Below are positions 9,595 through 18,810 of a stretch of DNA of 64,000 nucleotides, piece after piece. Position numbers and translations under genes: made by a program. The notes beneath the pieces were generated by a model, which made no database searches, was not told the origin of the DNA, and saw only the letters and a program-made list of their open reading frames with translations. Numbering within the stretch: the stretch's first letter is position 1; every line of letters begins with the position of its first letter. This DNA is from Rothia sp. (in: high G+C Gram-positive bacteria) (lineage in GTDB: Bacteria > Actinomycetota > Actinomycetes > Actinomycetales > Micrococcaceae): NCBI GenBank assembly GCA_034090985.1, contig JAXDRN010000009.1:11563-75562 (forward strand). Reading direction: 5' to 3'.

Positions 9595-10592
9595 AGGGTA
9601 TCCATTTTCTGTGCTCGATGGTAAAAGGTGTGCTCAGCCTGGCTCCGCTTAAGGCCAGCGGCCCTAATAGAGTCGCTCCAGGCAGGATCAGCTAGAACCT
9701 TCTGGCAAAGCTCAATCAGTTCATCCGTGCTCTGGTAGAGCAGAACCTCTTTACCTACCTCATAGAATTCTTCAACATCTGGCCGGTCAATCAACTGCAG
9801 GCCGTTCATGCCCGGCACTTCGAAGGTCCGCATGGCCAGCCCGGCCTGTAGGCCGTGAATATTGATGGAGGCAGCAGCAGCAGCCTGAACCCGGTAGGCC
9901 TCTGCCAGGGGAATATCCCTTTCAGCTGGCAGGTCAGGCCGCTTGAGTTCCCAGGTACGAAGGCGGTCAAAGGGGTGGTGGGACCAGGCCCTGCCGTAGA
10001 CCCGCACCGGCACGCCGGCGGCCTTGAGGGCCAGCATCATCTCTTCCCGATTCTGATAGCGGGACCCTACAAAGACAATCTCAGGGGTTCGATGGGTAGG
10101 GAAGGCAGCCAGGGCAGGATCATAACCGTTCGGTACGTAGTGGGCCTGAATTCCTTCAGCAGCTAGATCCTGAGCTTCAGAGCGGGCATAGCTAACAATG
10201 CTCGGCAGGCCCCGTAGGAAGTCCTTGCTATAGCGGTGGCGCTTGAGGTCGTCATAGAGCCAAAGAATATAGGGGATTTTAAGGTCAGTAACCTTCTGCC
10301 AGAAATCCTGCCCTAGGGTATCAGCCTTAATAACAATCAGCCGATCGGGCTTTACCTGCTCTAGAACTTCTAGGGCCCGGCTGGTTGCCGCCTTCTCTGC
10401 CGCCTTCTGGCCGTCAAAGCCTACCTTTGAGGGCAGTTCATAGAGGGCCTTATTGCGGATCTTATCTTTGACCGTTTCAAAGGCATCATAGCGGTGAACG
10501 GTCACCTGGTAGCCTACCTGCTTGAAGCCTTCAGCAATGGAGTAGCAGTAGCCGTGGAAGGCTGGGCTGATGATTAATAGTTTTTCGGCCAT
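9585..10592 (-). CDS. CgeB-like glycosyltransferase (Glyco_trans_1_2 type)
   Basis: IVFVGSRYQNRE, VRVYGRAW, SINIH...MRTFEVPG...FYEVGKEVLLY...HTFYHRA pattern of the CgeB family. Confidence 0.75.
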   Translation of the reverse strand: MAEKLLIISPAFHGYCYSIAEGFKQVGYQVTVHRYDAFETVKDKIRNKALYELPSKVGFDGQKAAEKAATSRALEVLEQVKPDRLIVIKADTLGQDFWQKVTDLKIPYILWLYDDLKRHRYSKDFLRGLPSIVSYARSEAQDLAAEGIQAHYVPNGYDPALAAFPTHRTPEIVFVGSRYQNREEMMLALKAAGVPVRVYGRAWSHHPFDRLRTWELKRPDLPAERDIPLAEAYRVQAAAAASINIHGLQAGLAMRTFEVPGMNGLQLIDRPDVEEFYEVGKEVLLYQSTDELIELCQKVLADPAWSDSIRAAGLKRSQAEHTFYHRAQKMDTLWA

Positions 10593-11494
10593 TATTTCTT
10601 CTTCTCTGCTTTCTGAATGTAGGCAAGTTCCTCGCTGAGGATCTTGGTGGGGTCTACCGCCTTGTTACGGATGGAGCGGAGCAGGTTAAAGGCGTAGTTG
10701 GCGTAGCTAACAGCCCGCAGGGCGGTAGCTAGCTGCCGCCCCTCCTGCCACTTGGCGTTGTAGATGAAGCGGGAGTCTAGGACCCACTGGCGGCGCTGGG
10801 CTGAGGCCCCAGAGGATCCGCCGCCTACATGTTCTACGCAGATATCTCCCCTAAAGACCCGTTTGATTCCCTGCTGGGCTAGGCGCCGCTGCAGGTCAGT
10901 TTCTTCGCTGTTCATAAAGAAGCGTTCATCCATGCCCCCTAGGGCTTCGAACTGCTGGCGGGGTAGCATCATGCAGGCCCCCATCAGCCAGTCTGGTTCT
11001 GCCCGCTGGCCTGTAGTGCAGGCTAGATCATGGCCCACCAGGGCATGCCAGAATTTGGTGGGGCGCAGGCGGGCTGCTGGCGTAAACCATTCCCAGGCAT
11101 GGTGGAAGGTTTTTGGGAAGGCCCGCCCTACCCACTGGGATTCCCCCTGGTGGCCCAGGATCTGAGGGGCAATGAGGGCTGGGGCTTCAGCCTGGGCAGC
11201 GTCCATCATTTTTTCTAGGAAGCCGGGGGGCAGGGTCAGGTCGCTGTTAAGAATCAGGAGCCAGTTACCCTGGGCAGCTGCCGCAGCTGAATTGACGTTG
11301 GCCCCAAAGCCACCATTACGGGCCCGGTGGACCACCTTCACCCCTTCTAGCTGGGGGAAGGGCTCTGGGGAGCAGTCATCTGAAACAATGATTTCTGCTC
11401 TGAAGCTATAGGTCTGCTCCTGGAGAGCAGCAACTAAGGCCAGGGTGTCCTGGGGGTCACCGTAGTGAGGTATGAGGATAGATAAATCCAGCAC
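10592..11494 (-). CDS. Glycosyltransferase family 2 (rhamnosyltransferase-like)
   Basis: LSILIPHY, VSDDCS, NGGFGANVN, LNSD, GACMM, FFMNSEETD; start moved to GTG 11494 behind AAGGAAAGG RBS. Confidence 0.88.
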   Translation of the reverse strand: MLDLSILIPHYGDPQDTLALVAALQEQTYSFRAEIIVSDDCSPEPFPQLEGVKVVHRARNGGFGANVNSAAAAAQGNWLLILNSDLTLPPGFLEKMMDAAQAEAPALIAPQILGHQGESQWVGRAFPKTFHHAWEWFTPAARLRPTKFWHALVGHDLACTTGQRAEPDWLMGACMMLPRQQFEALGGMDERFFMNSEETDLQRRLAQQGIKRVFRGDICVEHVGGGSSGASAQRRQWVLDSRFIYNAKWQEGRQLATALRAVSYANYAFNLLRSIRNKAVDPTKILSEELAYIQKAEKKK

Positions 11495-11646
11495 GCGAAC
11501 CTTTCCTTGGGGGCAGGCCCCATAACGGAGCAAAGTGAAAAATCCCTAATATCCCCATAGTAGCCCACAAGATTAGGAAAGAGGGCGCTGACCTGGCCCT
11601 CAGGGCCCAGCCAGCTTAAGGTCACACAAGAACCCCCAAGACCTTT

Positions 11647-13098
11647 TTAAGACTTAAGAGACCTGAAAACCGAAAAAATCTGAAGATAGTCTCTTCTCAC
11701 CGCAGGAAGCAGAGCACAGGCAGCAGCCAGAAGAAGCTGAATCAAAACAGACGCCGCAACATCAAGAAGTAGACCAAGAGATAGCCACTGAACAAGTGAG
11801 TAGTTCAAAAGGCTAACCACTAAGACCAGGCCAAATATTTTGTAGGAGTTAGCCAGCAAACCGCGCGTTGATACTCCGGTAACAGACTGAACATAAAGCA
11901 GGGATAGGGGCCACTGAATTACTACTGCAAAGGCCTGGCCCATTACCGCCCCTAGAGGCCCAAAGATAAGGGCCCCCACAAGAACCCATAGAATCCTATG
12001 CGCAGAACTCACAATTGTAAGATAGAGAATCTGCTGGGTCTTACCCCGAACCATTAAAATCCAGCCAGCTGTCATAGCCAGACAGTTCAGCCCCTCAGCT
12101 ATAGCGACCCAGGCAAAGTAAGGGGCAGCCCCTGACCAATTACCCCCAAGGATCAGAACGACCAGGGCTGGGGAGGCTGCCGCTAAACCACCTGCCAAAA
12201 GAACCAGGGGGTAGGCCAGAAGAATCTGCCCTTTCACGGCCAGCTGGGCAATATCCGACGCTTCCCCGCCCCGCCTGGAGAGGGCTGAAAAGGCAACATT
12301 ATTAAGGGGAGAGCGCAGGCCATTGAGGGGAGTTCTAACAGCCTGAGTGGCCCGGTTGAAGTAGCCTAGCACCTCAGTGCCGCCAATACGCCCAATCAAA
12401 AATACATCTACGAGGGCAGAAAAATAATTGAGCAGGTTGGAGAACATGAGGGGTAGGCCAAAATTCATGAATCTCTTCATGGGAACTGACCGCCGGTAGC
12501 GCCCAGGCAGCCAGCGCGTCTGATAAACAAACAGCAGAAGCGAAACAAGAATAATCACATTTCCTTGGAGCACCAGGGCCCAGACTCCAAAACCCTGAAG
12601 AGCCATAACAATTGCCGAACCCAAGCCAATAAGACTCGAAATAATATTATTGACAGCTATTGCACCAAACTTCATCTCCCTCTGCAGCTGCGCAAAGTAC
12701 TGGGTAGTCATACCTGAAACAATAAAACCTACCGATGAAACTAAGGTGATAGAGAACAAGCGTTCATCATCGTAGATCAAGACCACCAGCGGAGCCAGCA
12801 GGGCAACCACAAGTGCAACAGCTGTACCTAGGCCAGTATTAAGCCACCAGAGATTTGTTCTTTCCTGAGGGGATATAGTTTTAGCCTGAATCGTTGCTGG
12901 CGTTAAGCCAAAATCCCTAAAAACATCAACAATGGCAGTTACAGCCATCACCATTGCAACCAGGCCGTACTCTTCTGGGCTGATCAGCCGGGCCAGGATA
13001 GAGAGTGAAATCAGGCTAATAGCGATCTTCGCTGCCTGCCCGCCTAGGGCATTGACTCCCCCACGTGCGCTTTTCTGAGCCAGACTCTTCTCAGCCAA
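11647..13098 (-). CDS. wzx: Wzx flippase (polysaccharide biosynthesis export protein)
   Basis: LARLISPEEYGLVAM, DFGL, FGLPLM, GYFNRA motifs; multiple TM helices. Confidence 0.85.
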   Translation of the reverse strand: MAEKSLAQKSARGGVNALGGQAAKIAISLISLSILARLISPEEYGLVAMVMAVTAIVDVFRDFGLTPATIQAKTISPQERTNLWWLNTGLGTAVALVVALLAPLVVLIYDDERLFSITLVSSVGFIVSGMTTQYFAQLQREMKFGAIAVNNIISSLIGLGSAIVMALQGFGVWALVLQGNVIILVSLLLFVYQTRWLPGRYRRSVPMKRFMNFGLPLMFSNLLNYFSALVDVFLIGRIGGTEVLGYFNRATQAVRTPLNGLRSPLNNVAFSALSRRGGEASDIAQLAVKGQILLAYPLVLLAGGLAAASPALVVLILGGNWSGAAPYFAWVAIAEGLNCLAMTAGWILMVRGKTQQILYLTIVSSAHRILWVLVGALIFGPLGAVMGQAFAVVIQWPLSLLYVQSVTGVSTRGLLANSYKIFGLVLVVSLLNYSLVQWLSLGLLLDVAASVLIQLLLAAACALLPAVRRDYLQIFSVFRSLKS

Positions 13099-13225
13099 TC
13101 TACCCTCACTTACTCTTTAGCTACAAAAACCAATTCCAGGAACCCTCACAGGAGTATCTTGTTCAACCGACTGAATCATTTCACAGGAACTTGTAGGCAC
13201 TTATACTGACAAGGCTACAAGCAAA

Positions 13226-13257
13226 AGAAGCCCCATGCCATAGGGCACGGGGCTTCT
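13226..13257 (-). terminator. Rho-independent terminator after prs
   Basis: AGAAGCCCC...GGGGCTTCT stem followed by T-run on the minus strand. Confidence 0.75.
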
Positions 13258-13278
13258 CAGCGTGATAATTCTTATGCT

Positions 13279-14262
13279 CTAGTTAGCGCGACCGTCAAAA
13301 AGGCTGGTTACTGACCCATCATCAAAGACTTCCTTGATAGCACGAGCCAGAAGCGGGGCAATAGAAAGAACAGTCAGATTAGAGAAGGTCTGCTCAGGGC
13401 GCAGGGGCAGGGTATTTGTTACCACAACCTCGCTAGCCCCGCAGTTACCTAGAACCTCAGCAGCAGGATCAGAGAAAACAGCGTGGGTAGCGGCAATAAT
13501 AACGTCCTTAGCCCCGTGCTCCTTCAAAACCCGCACAGCACCGGCAATAGTACCACCGGTATCAATCATGTCATCAATCAGAACGCAGGTGCGGCCCTTG
13601 ATATCGCCCACCACAGTCTTAGAAACAGCCTGGTTAGGAACATTCACATCCCGGGTCTTATGCACGAAGGCCAAGGGAGCCCCGCCCAGCAGTTCAGCCC
13701 ACTGCTCAGCAACCCGAACCCGGCCTGTATCAGGGGAAACCACAGTCACGTTATTAACATCAACCCGGCTCGCTACATACTCAGCCAGCAGGGGGATCGC
13801 CATCAGGTGATCAACCGGGCCGTCAAAGAAGCCCTGAATCTGGGCAGTATGCAAATCCACGCTCATGAGCCGGTGAGCACCTGCAGTCTTATAGAGGTCA
13901 GCCATCAGACGGGCAGAAATAGGCTCCCGGCCCTTATGCTTCTTATCCTGACGGGCGTAAGGGTAGAAGGGGGAAACAACGGTAATGGAACGGGCTGAGG
14001 CTCGCTTCAGGGAGTCAACCATAATCAGCTGTTCCATGATGGCATCGTTAATCGGTGCCGGGTGAGACTGAATCACAAAGGCATCAGTACCGCGAACGGA
14101 CTCGTTAAAACGAACATAGGTTTCACCATTCGCAAAGGTGTACGCAGAAGAAGGAAGAACCTCAATCCCCAGTTCAGCTGCAATCTGCTCAGCTAGCTCA
14201 GGGTGGGCCCGCCCAGAGAGCAGGGCCATCTTCTTTTCGCCTGGATTCGTAATCTCAGTCAT
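13279..14262 (-). CDS. prs: Ribose-phosphate diphosphokinase
   Basis: PFYPYARQDKK, VDLHTAQIQGFF, VSPDTG, LIDDMIDTGGT. Confidence 0.97.
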   Translation of the reverse strand: MTEITNPGEKKMALLSGRAHPELAEQIAAELGIEVLPSSAYTFANGETYVRFNESVRGTDAFVIQSHPAPINDAIMEQLIMVDSLKRASARSITVVSPFYPYARQDKKHKGREPISARLMADLYKTAGAHRLMSVDLHTAQIQGFFDGPVDHLMAIPLLAEYVASRVDVNNVTVVSPDTGRVRVAEQWAELLGGAPLAFVHKTRDVNVPNQAVSKTVVGDIKGRTCVLIDDMIDTGGTIAGAVRVLKEHGAKDVIIAATHAVFSDPAAEVLGNCGASEVVVTNTLPLRPEQTFSNLTVLSIAPLLARAIKEVFDDGSVTSLFDGRAN

Positions 14263-15740
14263 TACCGCTTGTCGCTTTCCTCTTCTGGGAAGGCTGAATC
14301 CTGGGCCAGCGCTGCCTCAGCGGCAAGGGCGGCTTCGGTTCCAGCTCGCTTTTCAATAACCCAGCGCTCGATATTACGCTGGGGAGCTTCATTTATGGCA
14401 AGGGCCCCGGCCGGAACGTCCTTGCGAATAACGGTTCCAGCACCAGAATACGCCCCATCCCCAATATGCACGGGAGCAACATACATGTTATCTGAACCCA
14501 TCCGTACATTATTACCAACGGTAGAGCGGTGCTTCTTGACCCCATCATAGTTAACAAAGATTGAGGCAGCCCCAATATTGGAGTTTTCACCGATGGTTAC
14601 ATCCCCGGCGTAAGAAAGGTGGGGCAGCTTAGAACCGGCCCCGATCTGGGCGTTCTTAGTCTCAACAAAGGTGCCGATCTTACCCTGAGGGCCCAGCTCG
14701 GTGCCGGGGCGCAGGTAGGCGAAGGGGCCAACAGTTGCCCCGTCAGCAATCTGCGAATCGTAACCTTCGGTCCTAGAGATCTTCACATCCTTCCCCACCT
14801 GCACATTGGTCAGGCTGGTATCAGGGCCAATAACTGAACCGGTCGCAACATGGGTAGAACCAGCTAGATGGGTTCCAGGCAGAATAGTGACATCACTGTC
14901 AAGAGTGACAGTCACATCAATCCAGGTGCTTTCTGGATCAACAATGGTTACACCAGCAAGCATGTGGGCCCGGGTAATCCGGTCGTTGAGCTTGCGGCCC
15001 AGTTCAGCTAGCTGAACCCGGTCATTAGCTCCCTCAACCTCCCAGCGGTCCTCAATGTCTAGGGCGCTGGTCCGATAGCCGTCCTGACGGGCAATAGAGA
15101 GAACGTCAGTAATGTACTTTTCCCCCTGGGCATTATCGGTTGTTACCCGGGTTAGGGAGTTCCGCAGCACCTGGGCGTCAAAGGCGTAGATCCCAGAGTT
15201 AATCTCGCTAATAGCTAGCTGTTCAGGGCTAGCGTCCTTAGCCTCAACAATGGCAGTAACCTCGCCAGCCTCATTGCGGACGATACGGCCATAGGCCCCA
15301 GGCTCTTCAAGATGGGTGGTAAGAACAGTAACAGCATTCTTGCCTTCCTCATGGAAGGCAATGAGCTTGCGCAGGGTTTCAGCCCTCAGCAGGGGAACAT
15401 CCCCATAGGTCACCAGAACGGTGCCCTCAATAGTGCCCACCTGGGCATCGAGGCCCAGTAGGCCCACTTCAACGGCCCGGCCAGTGCCAGGGATTTCATC
15501 CTGGTCAACAATAGTGACTTCAGAATCAAAGGCGGTGACGTGCGCTGCCACCTTATCCCGCTGGTGGCGGACCACAACAGCTAGGTGGGAGGGTTCCAGA
15601 TCACGGGCCACAGCAACAGCGTGCTCTACCATAGAACGGCCGCCCAGGGGGTGCATGACCTTAGGGGTAGAGGACTTCATACGGGTTCCAGCACCTGCGG
15701 CTAGAACAATGACTGCTGATGGGGTTTGGGTGGGCGTCAC
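14262..15740 (-). CDS. glmU: Bifunctional UDP-GlcNAc pyrophosphorylase / glucosamine-1-P acetyltransferase
   Basis: LAAGAGTRMKS, YGDVP, EINSG, hexapeptide repeats, HLSYAGD; start moved to GTG 15740 behind AAGGAG (the ORF-track start overlaps the tRNA). Confidence 0.96.
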   Translation of the reverse strand: MTPTQTPSAVIVLAAGAGTRMKSSTPKVMHPLGGRSMVEHAVAVARDLEPSHLAVVVRHQRDKVAAHVTAFDSEVTIVDQDEIPGTGRAVEVGLLGLDAQVGTIEGTVLVTYGDVPLLRAETLRKLIAFHEEGKNAVTVLTTHLEEPGAYGRIVRNEAGEVTAIVEAKDASPEQLAISEINSGIYAFDAQVLRNSLTRVTTDNAQGEKYITDVLSIARQDGYRTSALDIEDRWEVEGANDRVQLAELGRKLNDRITRAHMLAGVTIVDPESTWIDVTVTLDSDVTILPGTHLAGSTHVATGSVIGPDTSLTNVQVGKDVKISRTEGYDSQIADGATVGPFAYLRPGTELGPQGKIGTFVETKNAQIGAGSKLPHLSYAGDVTIGENSNIGAASIFVNYDGVKKHRSTVGNNVRMGSDNMYVAPVHIGDGAYSGAGTVIRKDVPAGALAINEAPQRNIERWVIEKRAGTEAALAAEAALAQDSAFPEEESDKR

Positions 15741-15809
15741 GATCGGTTTTCTCCTTGGTGCGAGGACAACCCCAGTGGTGTAAATATTTGCGAAAAATGG
15801 GGTTATGCG

Positions 15810-15881
15810 CTCCGCCACTAGGACTCGAACCTAGAATAACGGCTCCAAAGGCCGCTGTGTTGCCAATTACACCATGGCGGA
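15810..15881 (-). tRNA. tRNA-Gln (TTG)
   Basis: Acceptor stem TCCGCCA/TGGCGGA, anticodon loop CTTTGGA, T-arm GGTTCGAGTCC; CCA not encoded; conserved position upstream of glmU. Confidence 0.95.
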
Positions 15882-16070
15882 TTACTGCCTAGTCCGCACC
15901 CCTCTTATTCCAAGGGAAGCAGGACAGACAGAAAGATACTATCAAACCCCAGCCCAAGAAAGAAAGCCAAAACCGCCTCAGCCCCGCTCTGGCCCTCCCT
16001 AGGCCCTGGAGCCAGGGGAAAGCCGTCCCCCAAAGAGGGGGGAGGCGGTGAGGAAGGCGAGAGCTAGAGG

Positions 16071-16661
16071 CTAGGCCCCCAGCCAGGGAATCAAAACCTT
16101 CAGGGCCTCTTCAATTTCCTCGACCGCAACCCGGGCAGCCTCAGGCCCCTTCCGGTAGGGGTCAGCGATCCCATCCCCCTTGCGGGGGGCCTCATCATGC
16201 AAGTGCATAAAGGCAACAGGATCAACCCGGCGACCAGCCTGCTGACGGAGGCGGGCTACCTGGCCCAGCAGGTGAATTTTTGATCGGTGCTGGGGCCACT
16301 CATGAACCAGCCAGTTAAGGTGCTCCTGCTCCATGACAAGAATCAGAGAGGCCTCTGACACTAGCTGCTGAGTAATCTGCTTGGCCCGGTGGGTCGAATA
16401 GTCAACCCCCCGCCGGTCAAGCTCCTGATCAATGTGGGGGGCAACAGGTGCGCCCACTACCGCCCCCACCCCAGCGCTATCGAAGGTCCAGCTAGAATCC
16501 GGCCCTGCCATAGCTAGCGACAGGTACTGGGCTGAAGCGCTTCGGGCAATATTCCCGGTACAAACATAAAGGATTTTCTTACTATCCTGAGAGTCTGCCG
16601 CAACAGCCTGCTTTCTGTCACCCAATCTATGGATGAGCGATGAAACATTAAACTGCGCCAC
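16071..16661 (-). CDS. Low-molecular-weight protein-tyrosine phosphatase (Wzb/ArsC fold)
   Basis: VCTGNIARS P-loop, SAG, DLILVM-like SLILVM, IADPY. Confidence 0.85.
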   Translation of the reverse strand: MAQFNVSSLIHRLGDRKQAVAADSQDSKKILYVCTGNIARSASAQYLSLAMAGPDSSWTFDSAGVGAVVGAPVAPHIDQELDRRGVDYSTHRAKQITQQLVSEASLILVMEQEHLNWLVHEWPQHRSKIHLLGQVARLRQQAGRRVDPVAFMHLHDEAPRKGDGIADPYRKGPEAARVAVEEIEEALKVLIPWLGA

Positions 16662-16680
16662 AGCAGGCCTTTCTTCTAAA

Positions 16681-16827
16681 GAGGCTTATTCATAAGGGTA
16701 GGTGAAGCAGGTTCACAGCGAAGCTGCTGGCTCGGCGGCTGGCGTGAATCGCCTTGTGAGCGAAGCGAACCAGGCGAGAGGGTTGGCTGCGAGCGTGAGC
16801 CTGCGGAACCCCTTATGAATAAGGTTC
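16681..16827. mobile_element. MITE-like element (147 bp) with IS-type terminal inverted repeats
   Basis: Ends GAGGCTTATTCATAAGGG ... CCCCTTATGAATAAGGTTC; same termini at 54414, 54840 and 58255; flanked by AAA/AAA (possible 3-bp duplication). Confidence 0.75.
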
Positions 16828-16980
16828 AAAGTAGTCAGTAAGTTTTAGGACTTCTACAGTCTATCTACCTGTAGCTACTCTGGCTGACCATATGAGGGTA
16901 GTTTTCCCCATAGGTCTTTTTGCTGCCCCCACCCCTGTCAGTCTTTTATCTTTTATTTAAGCAGCCTGTACCCTAGAGAC

Positions 16981-18810
16981 GTGGCACATCTACTTGGCGG
17001 CGAAGAGCTGCATATCGAATTCGCAACCCGAACCATCTTTGAGGGAATCACCCTTGGCCTCAATGAAGGCGACCGGATTGGCATTGTCGGCCGCAACGGC
17101 GACGGCAAGTCAACCCTCCTCGCCCTGCTCGCTGGCCAGCTCCAGCCAGACTCAGGCAAGGTTACCCGCCGCTCAGGCACCCGGGTTGGCTACCTCAACC
17201 AGTCAGACCTGCTCGATAACAGCCTCAGTGTAGGCCAGGCCATCGTAGGGGACACCCCTGACTATATCTGGGCCTCAGACCCTAAGATCCGTGACGTCAT
17301 TAACGGCCTGGTAGCAGACCTGCCCTGGGAGGCTCCGGTTGCCTCCCTCTCTGGCGGCCAGCGCCGCCGGGTATCCCTGGCCGCCCTCCTAGCCGGTGAC
17401 TGGGATGTTCTTATGCTTGATGAGCCCACCAACCACCTTGATGTTGAGGCCATCACCTGGTTGGCCAACCACCTTAAAACCCGCTGGTCTAAGAACTCTG
17501 GCGGCCTGCTCACCGTCACCCACGACCGCTGGTTCCTTGATGAAATCTGTACCGGCACCTGGGAGGTACACGACGGAATCGTTGAACCCTTCGAGGGAGG
17601 CTACGCCGCCTACATCCTACAAAGGGTTGAGCGGGATAGGCAGGCTGCAGCCAGCGAAGCTAAGCGGCAGAACCTTATGCGCAAGGAACTAGCCTGGCTT
17701 CGCCGCGGGGCCCCTGCCCGAACCTCAAAGCCCAAGTTCCGCATTGAAGCTGCCAACGCCCTGATTGCTGATGTTCCACCGGTTCGCAATAAGGTGGAGC
17801 TTTCCCAAATGGCAGTCTCCCGCCTGGGTAAGGACGTCGTTGACCTTGAAGAGGTGAGTGTCAGCTACCCTGACGCCAGCAGGCCCGGGGAACATAAGGA
17901 CGTTCTCAAAAAGGTTACCTGGCGCATTGCACCGGGTGAACGAACCGGCATTATGGGGATTAACGGTGCCGGTAAATCAACCCTGCTAGGTCTAGTAACC
18001 GGCTCAGTAGAGCCCACTGGCGGACGGGTTAAGCATGGAAAAACCGTAAAAATTGCCACCCTCACCCAGCAGCTAGATGAACTACGGGAGGTTGAAAACG
18101 ACCGGGTTTCAGACCTGATTGGCCGTAAAAGAAGCAGCTATCTTACCGGCGGTAAGGAGCTGACCCCCGGCCAGCTCTTAGAGCGCCTAGGCTTCAGCTC
18201 AGCCCAGCTCTCTACCCCCGTCAAGGACCTCTCTGGTGGCCAGAAGCGGCGCCTGCAGCTACTACTGATCTTGCTTGATGAGCCCAATGTGCTGATCCTT
18301 GATGAGCCCTCTAACGACCTAGATACAGACATGCTAGCTGCCATGGAGGACCTGCTAGACACCTGGCCAGGAACCCTGCTGGTGGTCTCCCACGACCGCT
18401 ACCTGATGGAACGAGTCACCGACCAGCAGTACGCCCTGATTGATGGCAATTTTAGGCACCTGCCAGGGGGTGTAGATGAGTACCTAGAGCTTTCAGCAGC
18501 TGCCTCAACTAGCCCCTCAGCCAAGGCGGCGACCTCTTCTCCCCTAGGAAAGCAGGAGCCTACTGGCAGCCCGACTGCTAAGGCCAATGGGGCGCAGGTG
18601 CGGGCCGCCCAGAAGGAAATCAACCAGATTGACCGCAAGTTAGCCAAGCTAGCGGAGCAGAAGGACCGCCTAGAGGATCAGATGGCCGCCCATGATCCAA
18701 GTGACTACAGCGGGCTTGGGGAACTAAGCCAGAAGCAGCAGGCTCTAGTGCAGGAGATTGAGGAACTTGAACTGCGCTGGATGGAGCTGAGCGAAGTCCT
18801 AGAAGGCTAG
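16981..18810 (+). CDS. ABC-F family ATPase (Uup-like)
   Basis: Two ABC domains (GRNGDGKST/LSGGQRRR and GINGAGKST/LSGGQKRR), no TM domain, C-terminal coiled coil. Confidence 0.92.
   Translation: MAHLLGGEELHIEFATRTIFEGITLGLNEGDRIGIVGRNGDGKSTLLALLAGQLQPDSGKVTRRSGTRVGYLNQSDLLDNSLSVGQAIVGDTPDYIWASDPKIRDVINGLVADLPWEAPVASLSGGQRRRVSLAALLAGDWDVLMLDEPTNHLDVEAITWLANHLKTRWSKNSGGLLTVTHDRWFLDEICTGTWEVHDGIVEPFEGGYAAYILQRVERDRQAAASEAKRQNLMRKELAWLRRGAPARTSKPKFRIEAANALIADVPPVRNKVELSQMAVSRLGKDVVDLEEVSVSYPDASRPGEHKDVLKKVTWRIAPGERTGIMGINGAGKSTLLGLVTGSVEPTGGRVKHGKTVKIATLTQQLDELREVENDRVSDLIGRKRSSYLTGGKELTPGQLLERLGFSSAQLSTPVKDLSGGQKRRLQLLLILLDEPNVLILDEPSNDLDTDMLAAMEDLLDTWPGTLLVVSHDRYLMERVTDQQYALIDGNFRHLPGGVDEYLELSAAASTSPSAKAATSSPLGKQEPTGSPTAKANGAQVRAAQKEINQIDRKLAKLAEQKDRLEDQMAAHDPSDYSGLGELSQKQQALVQEIEELELRWMELSEVLEG

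Noticed and set aside
15741-15818. Long N-terminal extensions on glmU, rsmI, the DUF3499 gene, gtrA, purE and ndh
   Set aside because: These are ORF-caller artefacts; downstream starts have an RBS or -10 box, and some extensions overlap a tRNA, repeats or other genes.
16071-16661. Inactive phosphatase (CTGNIARS instead of CTGNICRS)
   Set aside because: The catalytic Cys, Arg and DPY Asp are retained; the second Cys is not essential.
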